From: a virus | Lineage: Duplodnaviria > Heunggongvirae > Uroviricota > Caudoviricetes | Direction: 5' to 3' (one strand) | IMG/VR virus record: IMGVR_UViG_3300023371_000069 | Length of the DNA stretch: 58,841 nucleotides | In this document: in pieces, positions 8,799 to 17,719 of the stretch | How the letters are laid out: each line of letters starts with the position of its first letter | Position numbering within the stretch: position 1 is the stretch's first letter | The notes under the pieces: generated by a model | Database searches by the model: none | Told to the model about the DNA's origin: nothing | The model's input: only the letters and a program-made list of their open reading frames with translations | Made by a program: the position numbers and the translations under genes

Positions 8799-8835
8799 TA
8801 AGATACAAAAAGGAACTGAAAAGGAGATAATAACA

Positions 8836-9309
8836 ATGACTAAGGGTAATTTCTTCCGCTACTACAACAAGCTGACTGGCGCTGACCGCACTCTGATTTT
8901 CTTCGAGCGCAAGGGTATCATCTACATCTACAACTGCAAGCACATCGCTCCTCGTTGGGCACACGAAGAATTTGAGTCCTCCAAGAACGGCGGACAGCAG
9001 AAATTCAAGATGTACATCAGCGTATCCGAAAAGGATAAGCTGATTGCCAAGGGTGCAACCCCCATCATGACCAAGGCTGAATTTGAAGCCATTCCTTACA
9101 AGAACAAGGGTCACAAGTGCGAAGCCTATCTGCACAAGGCTTGCGGTCTGGGTGAGTACACTCCCGACCATGTCCGCTTTGACTACTGCGGTGATGTGGA
9201 AATCGGTGGCGTTCAGTATCAGGTCAAGTACGAAAACGCAAGCCTGACCAATGTGGATGTGCTCCACAAGGCACAGAAGCGGGCAAGAGAAATGAAAAAG
9301 GGAAAGTAA
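8836..9309 (+). CDS. hypothetical protein
   Basis: ATG follows aaaaggagataataaca. A hairpin of the form GGGAAAG..CTTTCCC follows the stop. Confidence 0.5.
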   Translation: MTKGNFFRYYNKLTGADRTLIFFERKGIIYIYNCKHIAPRWAHEEFESSKNGGQQKFKMYISVSEKDKLIAKGATPIMTKAEFEAIPYKNKGHKCEAYLHKACGLGEYTPDHVRFDYCGDVEIGGVQYQVKYENASLTNVDVLHKAQKRAREMKKGK

Positions 9310-9339
9310 AAAAAACTTTCCCTTTTTTCAAAAAAGGTA

Positions 9340-9368
9340 TTGACAAATCACGGTTTTGGGTGTATAAT
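9340..9368 (+). promoter_or_regulatory. class 1 early promoter
   Basis: TTGACAAAtcacggttttggGTgTATAAT. Confidence 0.6.
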
Positions 9369-9399
9369 TAAGGTACAAAAAGGAAAGGAACTGATACAA

Positions 9400-9852
9400 A
9401 TGGCAAAGCAGATGAACATCACAATTAACTTCGACATGGACGGCACAATCGCTGACCTCTATGGTGTAGAGAACTGGCTCGAATACCTCATCGCAGGTGA
9501 CACTTTCCCCTACGCAAACGCAAGACCTCTGCTCCACCTCTCCGCACTGGCTCGCAAGCTGAACGCACTTCAGCGGAACGGCTACAACCTCGCAGTTATC
9601 TCTTGGTTGAGCAAAAGTGGAACTGCTGAATACAACGAAGCAGTTACCGAAGTCAAGCTGAACTGGCTGAGAAAGCACCTGCCGAGCGTGAACTGGAACG
9701 AAATCCACATCGTTCCCTATGGCACTCCGAAGCAGAACTTCTGCAACAATCCTCTCGACATTCTGTTCGACGATGAAGAACGCAACAGAACGAACTGGAC
9801 AGGCAGAGCCTACGATGTGCAGAACATCTTGGAAATTCTCAGAGAAATCTGA
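9400..9852 (+). CDS. HAD-superfamily hydrolase (5'(3')-deoxyribonucleotidase-like)
   Basis: N-terminal FDMDGTIADL is the HAD DxDGT motif. The protein is about 150 aa. Confidence 0.55.
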   Translation: MAKQMNITINFDMDGTIADLYGVENWLEYLIAGDTFPYANARPLLHLSALARKLNALQRNGYNLAVISWLSKSGTAEYNEAVTEVKLNWLRKHLPSVNWNEIHIVPYGTPKQNFCNNPLDILFDDEERNRTNWTGRAYDVQNILEILREI

Positions 9853-9862
9853 GAATTTCCTC

Positions 9863-9892
9863 TTGACAAACGGCAATTGATGTGCTATAATT
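9863..9892 (+). promoter_or_regulatory. class 1 early promoter
   Basis: TTGACAAAcggcaattgaTGTGcTATAAT. Confidence 0.6.
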
Positions 9893-9922
9893 AAGACACA
9901 AAGAAGAAAGGAACTGATAAAA

Positions 9923-10072
9923 ATGTTAGAAATGATTTGCGCAATCCCCGAAGAAATCGGCTGGGCATTGGTTGGCTTTGTCGGAGCATTCGCCTTGATG
10001 ATGGCTGTCAAGGTCGGCAAGATAATCGTTGAAGCAATCAAAGAAAGATTGGAGGATGATGAAGAATGCTGA
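9923..10072 (+). CDS. small membrane protein (49 aa)
   Basis: ATG follows the leader. It has one transmembrane helix and ends in TGA. Confidence 0.45.
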   Translation: MLEMICAIPEEIGWALVGFVGAFALMMAVKVGKIIVEAIKERLEDDEEC

Positions 10073-10335
10073 AAACTGGAATTGTAGTTTGCCCCACTTG
10101 CGGGGGCGAGGTTGTTGAGTTCGATACTCTCGACATTGAGGTGGACAACACCACTGTGACCCTCTTTAAGGTTGGCGAGTGCGACCACTGCGGAAACCAT
10201 TACCAGTGGCACGAGGAATACACCCTTGCAGGATACCGCGACCTGGAACAGACCCAGGGCGAAAGCGAGGACGAGCCCGATGCGGACGAATGCGGGTTCG
10301 ACCCCTTCGCAGGTTGTTATACTTACGACTGCTGA
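10066..10335 (+). CDS. Zn-ribbon/acidic protein
   Basis: CPTCGG...CDHCG motifs. Ends in TGA. Confidence 0.45.
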   Translation: MLKTGIVVCPTCGGEVVEFDTLDIEVDNTTVTLFKVGECDHCGNHYQWHEEYTLAGYRDLEQTQGESEDEPDADECGFDPFAGCYTYDC

Positions 10336-10446
10336 AAAAGCAGTCGTTTGTTTTTGGCGGCGCGCTCACGGTCCAGGCGCGCCGATTTTCGTCAGAATAA
10401 CCAGTTTCAACAATTTTCCGTGCAATTTATTTGTGCAAAATAACAG

Positions 10447-10475
10447 TTGACAAATCCCAAAAGGTGTGATACAAT
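10447..10475 (+). promoter_or_regulatory. class 1 early promoter
   Basis: TTGACAAAtcccaaaaggtgTGaTACAAT. Confidence 0.55.
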
Positions 10476-10505
10476 AGTATCAACAAAGGAAAGGAACTGA
10501 TACAC

Positions 10506-10910
10506 ATGAAACTGGTTTACGATTGCGGACAATCCATCTCTCTGTCTCCTCGCAGAGATTTTGAAGAAACTTCTATTTGGTGGCACCTGCACCTGCTCGA
10601 TGCGGAAGAATCCCTCGACCGCACCAACCGCACTTACTACGACACTTTCGAGAGCTTTTTTGAAGCGGTCTGTGAAAACAAGGTAAGAAATGCAGAAGCC
10701 TACATCGGTCTGTTCAAGACCCCCAAGGTATTGGTGAAATGTGGCATGAACCACTATACTGTCACCAAGAGGAACTTCAAAGAGGTGTGCGTGTGGAACT
10801 ACACCAAAGAAGTCTCCCACCTGCCCATGTCCACCCTCATGGACAAACTTCCTGCGGACGAGTTCGCAGAATACCTGCGTGAAAGGGGAGTAGCCTTACA
10901 GCAAGGCTAA
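10506..10910 (+). CDS. hypothetical protein
   Basis: ATG follows aaaggaaaggaactgataca. Confidence 0.5.
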   Translation: MKLVYDCGQSISLSPRRDFEETSIWWHLHLLDAEESLDRTNRTYYDTFESFFEAVCENKVRNAEAYIGLFKTPKVLVKCGMNHYTVTKRNFKEVCVWNYTKEVSHLPMSTLMDKLPADEFAEYLRERGVALQQG

Positions 10911-10934
10911 TCCCCGGAAAAATTAAAAAAAGGT

Positions 10935-10964
10935 ATTGACAAATCAAACAATCTGTGCTATAAT
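10935..10964 (+). promoter_or_regulatory. class 1 early promoter
   Basis: TTGACAAAtcaaacaatcTGTGcTATAAT. Confidence 0.6.
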
Positions 10965-10994
10965 AAATTTATCAAGTGAAAGGAAATGATACCA

Positions 10995-11654
10995 ATGTTT
11001 ACTGAAAAAACTTTTGCAATTATCGACACTGAAACCCTCGGCGGTGCTTCTCAGGCGCACTGCCCTACCTACCACTGCGCTGGCATTGCTTTCACCAAGA
11101 GAGCAGAAATCAGCAGAATCAACATCGTGGTCATCGGCAACCTACTTTTGGATTCTGCGTTCTATGGCAAATTCAAAAAAGACTACTACCGCGACCTGCT
11201 CCGCGACCCTGCAACTATTATCTGCTACAACGAAGCAGAGGCAAGCGAAATCTTCTCTGCGTGGCTTGCTGAAAACAATGTGTCCTGCGCCTGCGCCCAC
11301 AACAGCGGTTTTGACTTCAACAAGACTTTCGTTGCTGAGTGTATCGAGGGAATGGAATTCATCGACACTTGGCAGGCATTTTTCGAGACCATCGGCAAGT
11401 ACACCAAGTACAACAAATTCTGCTGTGAAAATGGCTTTGTAACCAAGAGCGGAAACGTTCAGATGACCGCAGAAATCTGCTACCGCTTCATCAGCGGAGA
11501 CATTGAGTTCGTCGAGGAACACACCGCCCTCGCAGATTGTGAAATCGAAATGCAGATTCTGCGTGCGGTTTGGGCAACTCACCGCAAGTTTACTCGCAAT
11601 GTTCACAAGGGCGATTCCGCCTATCGCTTCCAAGTGGTCAAGGGCAGATTCTAA
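10995..11654 (+). CDS. DEDD-family 3'-5' exonuclease (DnaQ/RNase T-like)
   Basis: Exo I motif AIIDTETLG, Exo II motif HNSGFDF and Exo III motif HTALADCE. Confidence 0.6.
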   Translation: MFTEKTFAIIDTETLGGASQAHCPTYHCAGIAFTKRAEISRINIVVIGNLLLDSAFYGKFKKDYYRDLLRDPATIICYNEAEASEIFSAWLAENNVSCACAHNSGFDFNKTFVAECIEGMEFIDTWQAFFETIGKYTKYNKFCCENGFVTKSGNVQMTAEICYRFISGDIEFVEEHTALADCEIEMQILRAVWATHRKFTRNVHKGDSAYRFQVVKGRF

Positions 11655-11666
11655 AATCTGCCCTCC
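11641..11666 (+). terminator. hairpin terminator
   Basis: AGGGCAGATTCTAAAATCTGCCCT. Confidence 0.5.
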
Positions 11667-11682
11667 CGGGCGAAAAAAGGTA

Positions 11683-11712
11683 TTGACAAATTCAAAATCA
11701 TGTGCTATAATT
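11683..11712 (+). promoter_or_regulatory. class 1 early promoter
   Basis: TTGACAAAttcaaaatcaTGTGcTATAAT. Confidence 0.6.
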
Positions 11713-11743
11713 AACTCAGAAAACAAGAAAGGAACTGACAGTA

Positions 11744-12151
11744 ATGACTTGGGCAGAACATTTGGAAGCTATGCGAAATACTCCCGCATTTATTAACGAA
11801 GCAAACCCCCTGCGCTTCTCTGCACCCGAAAGCGAAGGTTTGTACCTTGTAGGTAGCACCAATTTCAATCCCTTTACCCATGAAGAAATCTATTTGGTAA
11901 AGGTTGGTAAAAGCTACAACCTGCAACGCAGAATGAAAGATTATCTCACCACCAACCCTGGAATGTTCCACATTGATTTTTGTACCATTCCCCGCCCCAT
12001 GGTCGGCAAGTCCGAATGGCAGTGCCACGCAATTTTGTATGCAGTTTGCAAAGGCAAGGTAGAAAAAAGCGAAGAGTGGGTGAGAGTAAGCCGAGAGGTT
12101 TATCTCGAAATCTGCGAAAAGGGTTTCAAATATTTTTCTGAAAGAATGTAA
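11744..12151 (+). CDS. hypothetical protein
   Basis: ATG follows the leader. Ends in TAA. Confidence 0.5.
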   Translation: MTWAEHLEAMRNTPAFINEANPLRFSAPESEGLYLVGSTNFNPFTHEEIYLVKVGKSYNLQRRMKDYLTTNPGMFHIDFCTIPRPMVGKSEWQCHAILYAVCKGKVEKSEEWVRVSREVYLEICEKGFKYFSERM

Positions 12152-12158
12152 AAAACCC

Positions 12159-12188
12159 TTGACAAACCCCCAAGAGTGTGCTATAATA
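12159..12188 (+). promoter_or_regulatory. class 1 early promoter
   Basis: TTGACAAAcccccaagagTGTGcTATAAT. Confidence 0.6.
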
Positions 12189-12239
12189 AATACAACAAAG
12201 GGAAAGGAAAATCCCAAACACCAGAAAGGAAATGATACC

Positions 12240-12482
12240 ATGATGAACTACAAGTATGTTGTTGAGAGCTTCTACGATGATGCCAAGGTCACTGTCGAAA
12301 CCAACGACCCCGAGGTCGCAGTTCTGGAAATGATGCAGAGGGACATGGATGGTGTCCACGCCCACTGCGTTGATGGTCTGACTGGCGAAGTCCTCGCCCT
12401 CGTCAACCACCCCGACCAGTTCGTCCAGTCTGAGTTCGCTCTGATGACCCTGGGTGTGCTGATGGCACACCTGGCAAAGTAA
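12240..12482 (+). CDS. small acidic protein
   Basis: ATGATG start follows aaaggaaatgatacc. Confidence 0.5.
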   Translation: MMNYKYVVESFYDDAKVTVETNDPEVAVLEMMQRDMDGVHAHCVDGLTGEVLALVNHPDQFVQSEFALMTLGVLMAHLAK

Positions 12483-12760
12483 CAAACCAAGAGCCATCCC
12501 GCAAGGGGTGGCTTTTTCATTTCAATTTTTGGGCGCGGCGCCCTCGGATGTGGGCGCCGGAATTTCCATTATACCACACCGCCAGCAATTTGTCAAGAGA
12601 AAAGTTACACAAAGTTTGATTGATTTGAATTCCTGTTTTTGTGCATTATTACCTATTGACTTTTGGTGCGGTCTGTGGTATACTATCATTGTCAAGGGGA
12701 GATAGGTGAGCCTGCCCCCAAGGGCGAAAAAAAAATCTCAAAAAAAATTGAGAAAACCCC

Positions 12761-12789
12761 TTGACAAACCCCTTAAAGTGTGATACAAT
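12761..12789 (+). promoter_or_regulatory. class 1 early promoter driving a non-coding transcript
   Basis: TTGACAAAccccttaaagtgTGaTACAAT. No ORF follows within about 220 nt. Confidence 0.5.
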
Positions 12790-12799
12790 AAGGGTACAA

Positions 12800-13020
12800 A
12801 AGGCGAGGGCAAGGCGACCACGAAAAGGTGGGTGCCCACGAGAGCGAGTAAGACCTTGTTACCAATGACCCGACCGCAAGGTGTTCCTGTTTGCGGAATA
12901 CAAATGTGAACCAGACCACGCAGGCTGAAAAAATGTCGTGGATACGCAGGATACAAAAGCCAATTTCTTTGGTGGTGAAAGCGGACTCACCCTAACTGTG
13001 GCTTAAAGGCTCAGCCAAGC
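12800..13020 (+). ncRNA. candidate promoter-driven small RNA (about 220 nt, A-rich 3' end)
   Basis: Lies downstream of a consensus promoter. No start-codon-initiated ORF is present, and the tract ends in an A-run just before the next promoter. Confidence 0.3.
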
Positions 13021-13047
13021 CAAAGAAAAAAAAATTAAAAAAAACTC

Positions 13048-13076
13048 TTGACAAACAAATCAAGATGTGCTATAAT
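13048..13076 (+). promoter_or_regulatory. class 1 early promoter
   Basis: TTGACAAAcaaatcaagaTGTGcTATAAT. Confidence 0.6.
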
Positions 13077-13155
13077 AAGTATGTAAAGAGGAAAACCTCT
13101 TACAAATAAATTCATCGACAGGTTCAAGTCGTTAAAACCGAAAGGAATTGATACT

Positions 13156-13515
13156 ATGGCTAACAACAAGAAGATGACCAAGGCTGACTACTTCAAGCAG
13201 ATTTCTGCCAACTACCCTCTGACTGCCGATGAGCAGGCTTTCATCGCCCACGAACTGGAACTGCTCGCCAAGAAGAACTCTGCGGAAAAGAAGCCGACCG
13301 CACAGCAGGTGGCAAACGCAGGTGTCGCTGATGCCATCGTCAATGCGATGGAAGATGGTGTCCTCTACACCATCACCGACCTCATCAAGACTGTTCCTGC
13401 GTGTGCGGAACTGACCAACCAGCGTGTTTCTGCCATCGTGCGTGGTATGATTGGCACCAAGGTTGAGCGTGTCGAGGAAAAGCGTAAGGCATACTTCCGC
13501 AAGATTGCGGAGTAA
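13156..13515 (+). CDS. early protein family A, copy 1
   Basis: Paralogous to 16185..16553 and 17720..18088. Shares ELELLAKKNSAEKKPTAQQ and PACAELTNQRVSAIVRG. Confidence 0.55.
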   Translation: MANNKKMTKADYFKQISANYPLTADEQAFIAHELELLAKKNSAEKKPTAQQVANAGVADAIVNAMEDGVLYTITDLIKTVPACAELTNQRVSAIVRGMIGTKVERVEEKRKAYFRKIAE

Positions 13516-13586
13516 GCCTACTCCCCCAAGGGCAGGGGGTAACCCCTGCCCACCTTGACCCCGGCGAAAAAATTTTCAAAAAGCAC

Positions 13587-13615
13587 TTGACAAATCCCTC
13601 TGTCTGTGCTATACT
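13587..13615 (+). promoter_or_regulatory. class 1 early promoter
   Basis: TTGACAAAtccctctgtcTGTGcTATACT. Confidence 0.6.
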
Positions 13616-13640
13616 ATAATCACAGAAAGGAAGTGAGTCA

Positions 13641-14000
13641 ATGCTTGATGAAAAGTTAATTGCCAAGCACATGGCAAGCCTCGGCATCAGCCGAGAGGAA
13701 GCAATCCAGTTGATTGAGGATGACAAAGCAATCGACAGGGGCGCAAAGATGTTTGAGCTTGACCCCGAACTTGAGAAAGGCGCAAAAAAGGCAAGACAAG
13801 CCGAGCGCAAGGTCAGCACCACCCCAGTGAAGCGAGAGAAGAAAGCCAAGCCTGAAAAGGCTGAAATCTGCTCCGCAATGATGGATGGTCTGCGAGTTTT
13901 GGGTGTGGAAGATTTCACCATCAACAACCCCGAACGCGAGTTCTTGTTCATCCACAATGGAACGAAGTACAAGGTCACACTTGCCTGCCCTCGTTCCTAA
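13641..14000 (+). CDS. early protein family B, copy 1
   Basis: Paralogous to 16670..17041 through the EEA.QLI.DDKAIDRG motif. Confidence 0.55.
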   Translation: MLDEKLIAKHMASLGISREEAIQLIEDDKAIDRGAKMFELDPELEKGAKKARQAERKVSTTPVKREKKAKPEKAEICSAMMDGLRVLGVEDFTINNPEREFLFIHNGTKYKVTLACPRS

Positions 14001-14266
14001 GGCTCCTAAGGGGTCGAGCCAATCGGCCCCATTCCATTGGCGGTGTGCTGTCATCGTCTGGAGGTAAACCACTAGGGGGAAGGCGCCCAACCCTGGGGTA
14101 TGGTACTAAAACAAAACAGCCGAGAAAAGACCCAGGGGGGCGCCCTTGGGTCTTCGTCATTTTGCACAAAAATTCGGCCGCGCGCTGACGTACGCCAGCG
14201 CCGGTTTTTCGGCGAAATAACCAGTTTCAACAATTTTTGGGGCGAAATCTTTGTGCAAATTGACTA

Positions 14267-14295
14267 TTGACATTTCCCATTATCGGGTGTATAAT
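14267..14295 (+). promoter_or_regulatory. class 1 early promoter
   Basis: TTGACAtttcccattatcggGTgTATAAT. Confidence 0.55.
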
Positions 14296-14324
14296 AAGGG
14301 TACAAAGTCAAGGAGGTAACAACA

Positions 14325-14507
14325 ATGGGTATGACTTACAAGCAGTTCATGGACTACGCAATGCAGAACTACTGCAACGGCGGTGATTGTGTGGTCGAGT
14401 GTTGGGATGAACTCTCTTTCCGCTACTACTGCGAAGAGTTCGGTCCGATGACCAAGGAAAAGGCTGACAGTCTCTTCCGCACTTACCGCGGTTGTGGGGG
14501 GTACTAA
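14325..14507 (+). CDS. small Cys-containing protein
   Basis: ATG follows aaggaggtaacaaca. Confidence 0.5.
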   Translation: MGMTYKQFMDYAMQNYCNGGDCVVECWDELSFRYYCEEFGPMTKEKADSLFRTYRGCGGY

Positions 14508-14542
14508 TTCCCCACAAAAGAAAAAAAGTTTCAAAAAACCTA

Positions 14543-14572
14543 TTGACAAACATCCAAAAGTGTGCTATAATA
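14543..14572 (+). promoter_or_regulatory. class 1 early promoter
   Basis: TTGACAAAcatccaaaagTGTGcTATAAT. Confidence 0.6.
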
Positions 14573-14602
14573 ATTACAGAAAACAAGAAAGGAACTGATA
14601 CT

Positions 14603-14848
14603 ATGAAAATGTTCAATGAAATGTCCCTCAAGTCCATCCGCAACAAGCTCAGCAAGGTCGGTGTCACTATGACCGACGAGCAGTTCAACTCCCTCACCTA
14701 CTCCGAACTCCGCAAGGTGTACAAGAAGTCCAAGAGGGCTTACGCACTCTATGAGCAGGTGGATGCCATTATCAACAAGCCAAAGGCTCCCACTCCTGCG
14801 GTGCCGATGCCTGCCAAGGACAACGACAAGGATGCCAGGGGGTTCTAA
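14603..14848 (+). CDS. hypothetical protein
   Basis: ATG follows aagaaaggaactgatact. Confidence 0.5.
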   Translation: MKMFNEMSLKSIRNKLSKVGVTMTDEQFNSLTYSELRKVYKKSKRAYALYEQVDAIINKPKAPTPAVPMPAKDNDKDARGF

Positions 14849-14888
14849 CCCCTTTGGCTCCGCCCGGAAAAATAATTTCCAAAAGGGT

Positions 14889-14918
14889 ATTGACAAACAG
14901 AGAGATTTGTGCTATAAT
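14889..14918 (+). promoter_or_regulatory. class 1 early promoter
   Basis: TTGACAAAcagagagattTGTGcTATAAT. Confidence 0.6.
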
Positions 14919-14942
14919 AACCACAGAAAGGAAGTGAAGTGA

Positions 14943-15422
14943 ATGGATACGAAATTGCTGATTGTGTTCATCGCTCTGAACATCGCCAATGTTATCATTC
15001 AAACTGTAAAATCTATCGCCACTGTTAAATGCGGAAAGGTGTCTGCCGCAGTTATCAATGCGGTTGCCTATGGTCTGTACACCATCGTCACTGTTTACTT
15101 AATGTGTGAACTTGACCTCTACCTCAAAGCAGGAATTGTGGCTCTGTGTAATTTGGTGGGTGTCTATGTGGTAAAACTCATTGAAGAAAAGGCACGCAAG
15201 GACAAGCTTTGGAAGATTGAAGCAACTGTCTTTGACCCCTACACCAAAAGCCTGCATTGTGATTTGACCGCAGAAGAAATCCCTTGCAACTACATTCCCA
15301 AAATCGGCAAGTGGTCTGTGTTCAACATTTACTGCGACAGCCAAGAGAAAAGCAAGAAAGTCAAAGCCTTGCTTGAAAAATACGATGCAAAATACTTTGT
15401 GAGTGAAAGCAAGACCTTGTAA
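14943..15422 (+). CDS. membrane protein (4 predicted transmembrane helices)
   Basis: Hydrophobic helices are visible in the translation. Confidence 0.5.
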   Translation: MDTKLLIVFIALNIANVIIQTVKSIATVKCGKVSAAVINAVAYGLYTIVTVYLMCELDLYLKAGIVALCNLVGVYVVKLIEEKARKDKLWKIEATVFDPYTKSLHCDLTAEEIPCNYIPKIGKWSVFNIYCDSQEKSKKVKALLEKYDAKYFVSESKTL

Positions 15423-15428
15423 AAAGGT

Positions 15429-15458
15429 CTTGACAAACTCCACCAAATGTGCTATAAT
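15429..15458 (+). promoter_or_regulatory. class 1 early promoter
   Basis: TTGACAAActccaccaaaTGTGcTATAAT. Confidence 0.6.
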
Positions 15459-15490
15459 TAAGACAATCCAAGAGGAAAGGAACTGATACA

Positions 15491-15769
15491 ATGAAAGCAA
15501 CTGGAATTATCCGCAGAGTTGATGACCTCGGCAGAGTGGTTATCCCCAGAGAAATCCGTCGGTCAATGGGCATCCGCGAGGGCGAACCCCTCGAAATCTT
15601 CATCGATGGCAGAGATACTGTCTGCTTCCGCAAGTACGAAGCCAATCTGAATGGCGAAATTGACCATCTGGTGGACACCATCGAAACCTGCGTGGACGAC
15701 TACGAAAAGATGGCACAAATCAAGAAGCTTCTGGGCGAAGTGCGGAAGCTGGTGAAAAGCGAGGAGTAA
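15491..15769 (+). CDS. AbrB-family transition-state regulator/antitoxin-like protein
   Basis: GIIRRVDDLGRVVIPREIRRSMGIREGEPLEIF closely matches the AbrB/SpoVT N-domain. Confidence 0.6.
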   Translation: MKATGIIRRVDDLGRVVIPREIRRSMGIREGEPLEIFIDGRDTVCFRKYEANLNGEIDHLVDTIETCVDDYEKMAQIKKLLGEVRKLVKSEE

Positions 15770-16008
15770 AACCCTCGCTTTTTGCGCGGCCCGGGCGCGA
15801 CTGTGCCCGGCCGAATTTACCATTATACCATGCCCCGCACAATTTGTCAAGAGGAAATGTTGCACAAAATAATCTTTTTAATTTTCCTGTAATTTGTGCA
15901 GTTTGCCTATTGCAATTCGCTTTTGGATGTGGTATACTATCTATGTCAGTAAGGGAGAGACCCAAGCGGACAGACCGAAAAAAAGTTTGAAAAACTTAAA
16001 AAAACCTC

Positions 16009-16038
16009 TTGACAAACCCCCAAAGATGTGATATAATG
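16009..16038 (+). promoter_or_regulatory. class 1 early promoter (first of a tandem pair)
   Basis: TTGACAAAcccccaaagaTGTGaTATAAT. Confidence 0.55.
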
Positions 16039-16105
16039 AATACATCAAAGGGAGAGAGAAAGCCAAAGGTTCAAAAAAGATTTTCAAAAAAATCAAAAAA
16101 ACCTC

Positions 16106-16135
16106 TTGACAAATCGCTCAACCTATGATATAATA
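16106..16135 (+). promoter_or_regulatory. class 1 early promoter (second of the tandem pair)
   Basis: TTGACAAAtcgctcaaccTaTGaTATAAT. Confidence 0.55.
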
Positions 16136-16184
16136 AATACACAAAGACAAGGACAGTCTTAAAAACCAGAAAGGAATTGATACT

Positions 16185-16553
16185 ATGGCTACTACTCAGA
16201 AGATTACCAAGGCTCAGAAGTTTGCAATGCTCAAGGCTATCCCCGCTGTTGCGGAGAACGCAATGCTCGTGGAGTTCATCGAGCACGAGTTGGAGTTGCT
16301 CGCCAAGAAGAACTCCGCTGAGAAGAAACCCACTGCTCAGCAGACCGCCAATGCTTCCATCGGCGAAGCCATCGTGGCTCATCTCCAGAGCCAGCCCAAC
16401 CGCCTCTTTACCATCACTGAGGTTATCAAGGAAGTGCCTGCGTGTGCTGAGTTGACCAATCAGCGAGTGTCCGCAATCGTGCGTGGTCTCATCGGCACCT
16501 CTGTGGAGCGTGTGGAAGAGAAGCGAAAGGCTTATTTCAGAGCCATTCGCTGA
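16185..16553 (+). CDS. early protein family A, copy 2
   Basis: See 13156..13515. Confidence 0.55.
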   Translation: MATTQKITKAQKFAMLKAIPAVAENAMLVEFIEHELELLAKKNSAEKKPTAQQTANASIGEAIVAHLQSQPNRLFTITEVIKEVPACAELTNQRVSAIVRGLIGTSVERVEEKRKAYFRAIR

Positions 16554-16608
16554 GCCACTCCCCAAGGGGGGGCAATAGCCCCCCCAAAATGGGGCACGGA
16601 ATTTCAAA

Positions 16609-16638
16609 AAAGGTCTTGACAAACCGCCCAAGATGTGC
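16609..16638 (+). promoter_or_regulatory. class 1 early promoter
   Basis: TTGACAAAccgcccaagaTGTGcTATACT. Confidence 0.6.
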
Positions 16639-16669
16639 TATACTGTAAGTACAGAAAGGGGGTAAACCA

Positions 16670-17041
16670 ATGGCAGAAAGTCAAGTCGAACGCATTATGC
16701 GAAATCTGAAATGCTCCAAAGAAGAAGCCGAACAGATTATCGCAGACGACAAGGCAATCGACAGAGGTGAGCGAATGGCTTTTGACCTCTCACCTGAAGC
16801 CGAAAAGCAAGCCAAAAAATTCGCAAATACTGGCACAAGGCAGACAAATGGGCAGAAAACCGAGCGAAAACGCAAGGAAAACCCCACAAAAGCCACGATA
16901 ATTGCCGAAATTGCTCAGTTTTTGGCTGAAAATGGCTACGAAATGGTCGAAATCACCAATAAAGAGCGTCAAATCGCCTTAAAAGTTGGTGAAAATGCCT
17001 ACGAACTGACGCTTGTGCAGAAACGCAAGCCAAAAAGTTGA
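16670..17041 (+). CDS. early protein family B, copy 2
   Basis: See 13641..14000. Confidence 0.55.
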   Translation: MAESQVERIMRNLKCSKEEAEQIIADDKAIDRGERMAFDLSPEAEKQAKKFANTGTRQTNGQKTERKRKENPTKATIIAEIAQFLAENGYEMVEITNKERQIALKVGENAYELTLVQKRKPKS

Positions 17042-17044
17042 GAA

Positions 17045-17075
17045 AATCGCCCCAAAAGGGCGATTTTTTCGTTAT
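17045..17075 (+). terminator. rho-independent terminator
   Basis: ATCGCCCCAAAAGGGCGAT hairpin followed by TTTTTTCG. Confidence 0.65.
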
Positions 17076-17373
17076 TTTTTCCAAATTAAATTTAAATTTG
17101 TGCAATTTGCACAAAAATCGGCCGGCCGCACACAGATGTGCGGCCCGGTATTCGGCAAAATGCACAAGTTCAACAAGTTTTTTACCCAATTATTTGTACA
17201 ACATTACCACTTGCATTTTCCTAAAAATCTGCTATAATTAGTAGTGTCAAGGGGATGAAGTAAACCCCCGCAGATGGGTCGGCGCAGAGGGTTGAAAAAT
17301 GTTGGGCAGAGGGGTTAGATTGTCCCACCAATCAGACCACCGAAACTTTTTCAAAAAACTTTTGAAAAACCAC

Positions 17374-17402
17374 TTGACAAACAGCACAAGATGTGCTATA
17401 AT
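17374..17402 (+). promoter_or_regulatory. class 1 early promoter driving a non-coding transcript
   Basis: TTGACAAAcagcacaagaTGTGcTATAAT. No ORF follows for about 200 nt. Confidence 0.5.
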
Positions 17403-17409
17403 GAGTATG

Positions 17410-17615
17410 TAATCAAGAGGGGAACTCCTTCGAGGCAAGACCGCAACAGATGGTGGAAACAGACACAGGCGAATTGAAACTCTACAACTCCTACGCAAGA
17501 TTCCCCCCTACTAGGGTGAGTGGTGAGCAACGAAAGGGTGCGAGTAGACTCAAGGCAGGGGGCAGAAACAAGTCCAGTGAGCGCAAGGATGCTGTGGGAA
17601 TAAAAAAAATAGTCG
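17410..17615 (+). ncRNA. candidate promoter-driven small RNA (about 200 nt)
   Basis: Purine-rich and ORF-less. Ends in an A-run before the next promoter. Confidence 0.3.
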
Positions 17616-17636
17616 CGAATATTTTTTGAAAACCTC

Positions 17637-17666
17637 TTGACAAACTCAAAACCATGTGCTATAATA
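17637..17666 (+). promoter_or_regulatory. class 1 early promoter
   Basis: TTGACAAActcaaaaccaTGTGcTATAAT. Confidence 0.6.
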
Positions 17667-17719
17667 AGTATGTAATCAAGGGAAGGAAAACCCTAAAAAA
17701 CCAGAAAGGAACTGATACT

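Noticed and set aside
6607-10212. Long minus-strand ORFs (6607..7344, 9328..10212, 8731..9267) antisense to early genes
   Set aside because: They are shadow ORFs opposite promoter-driven plus-strand genes of strong coding character. They have no promoter or SD on the minus strand.
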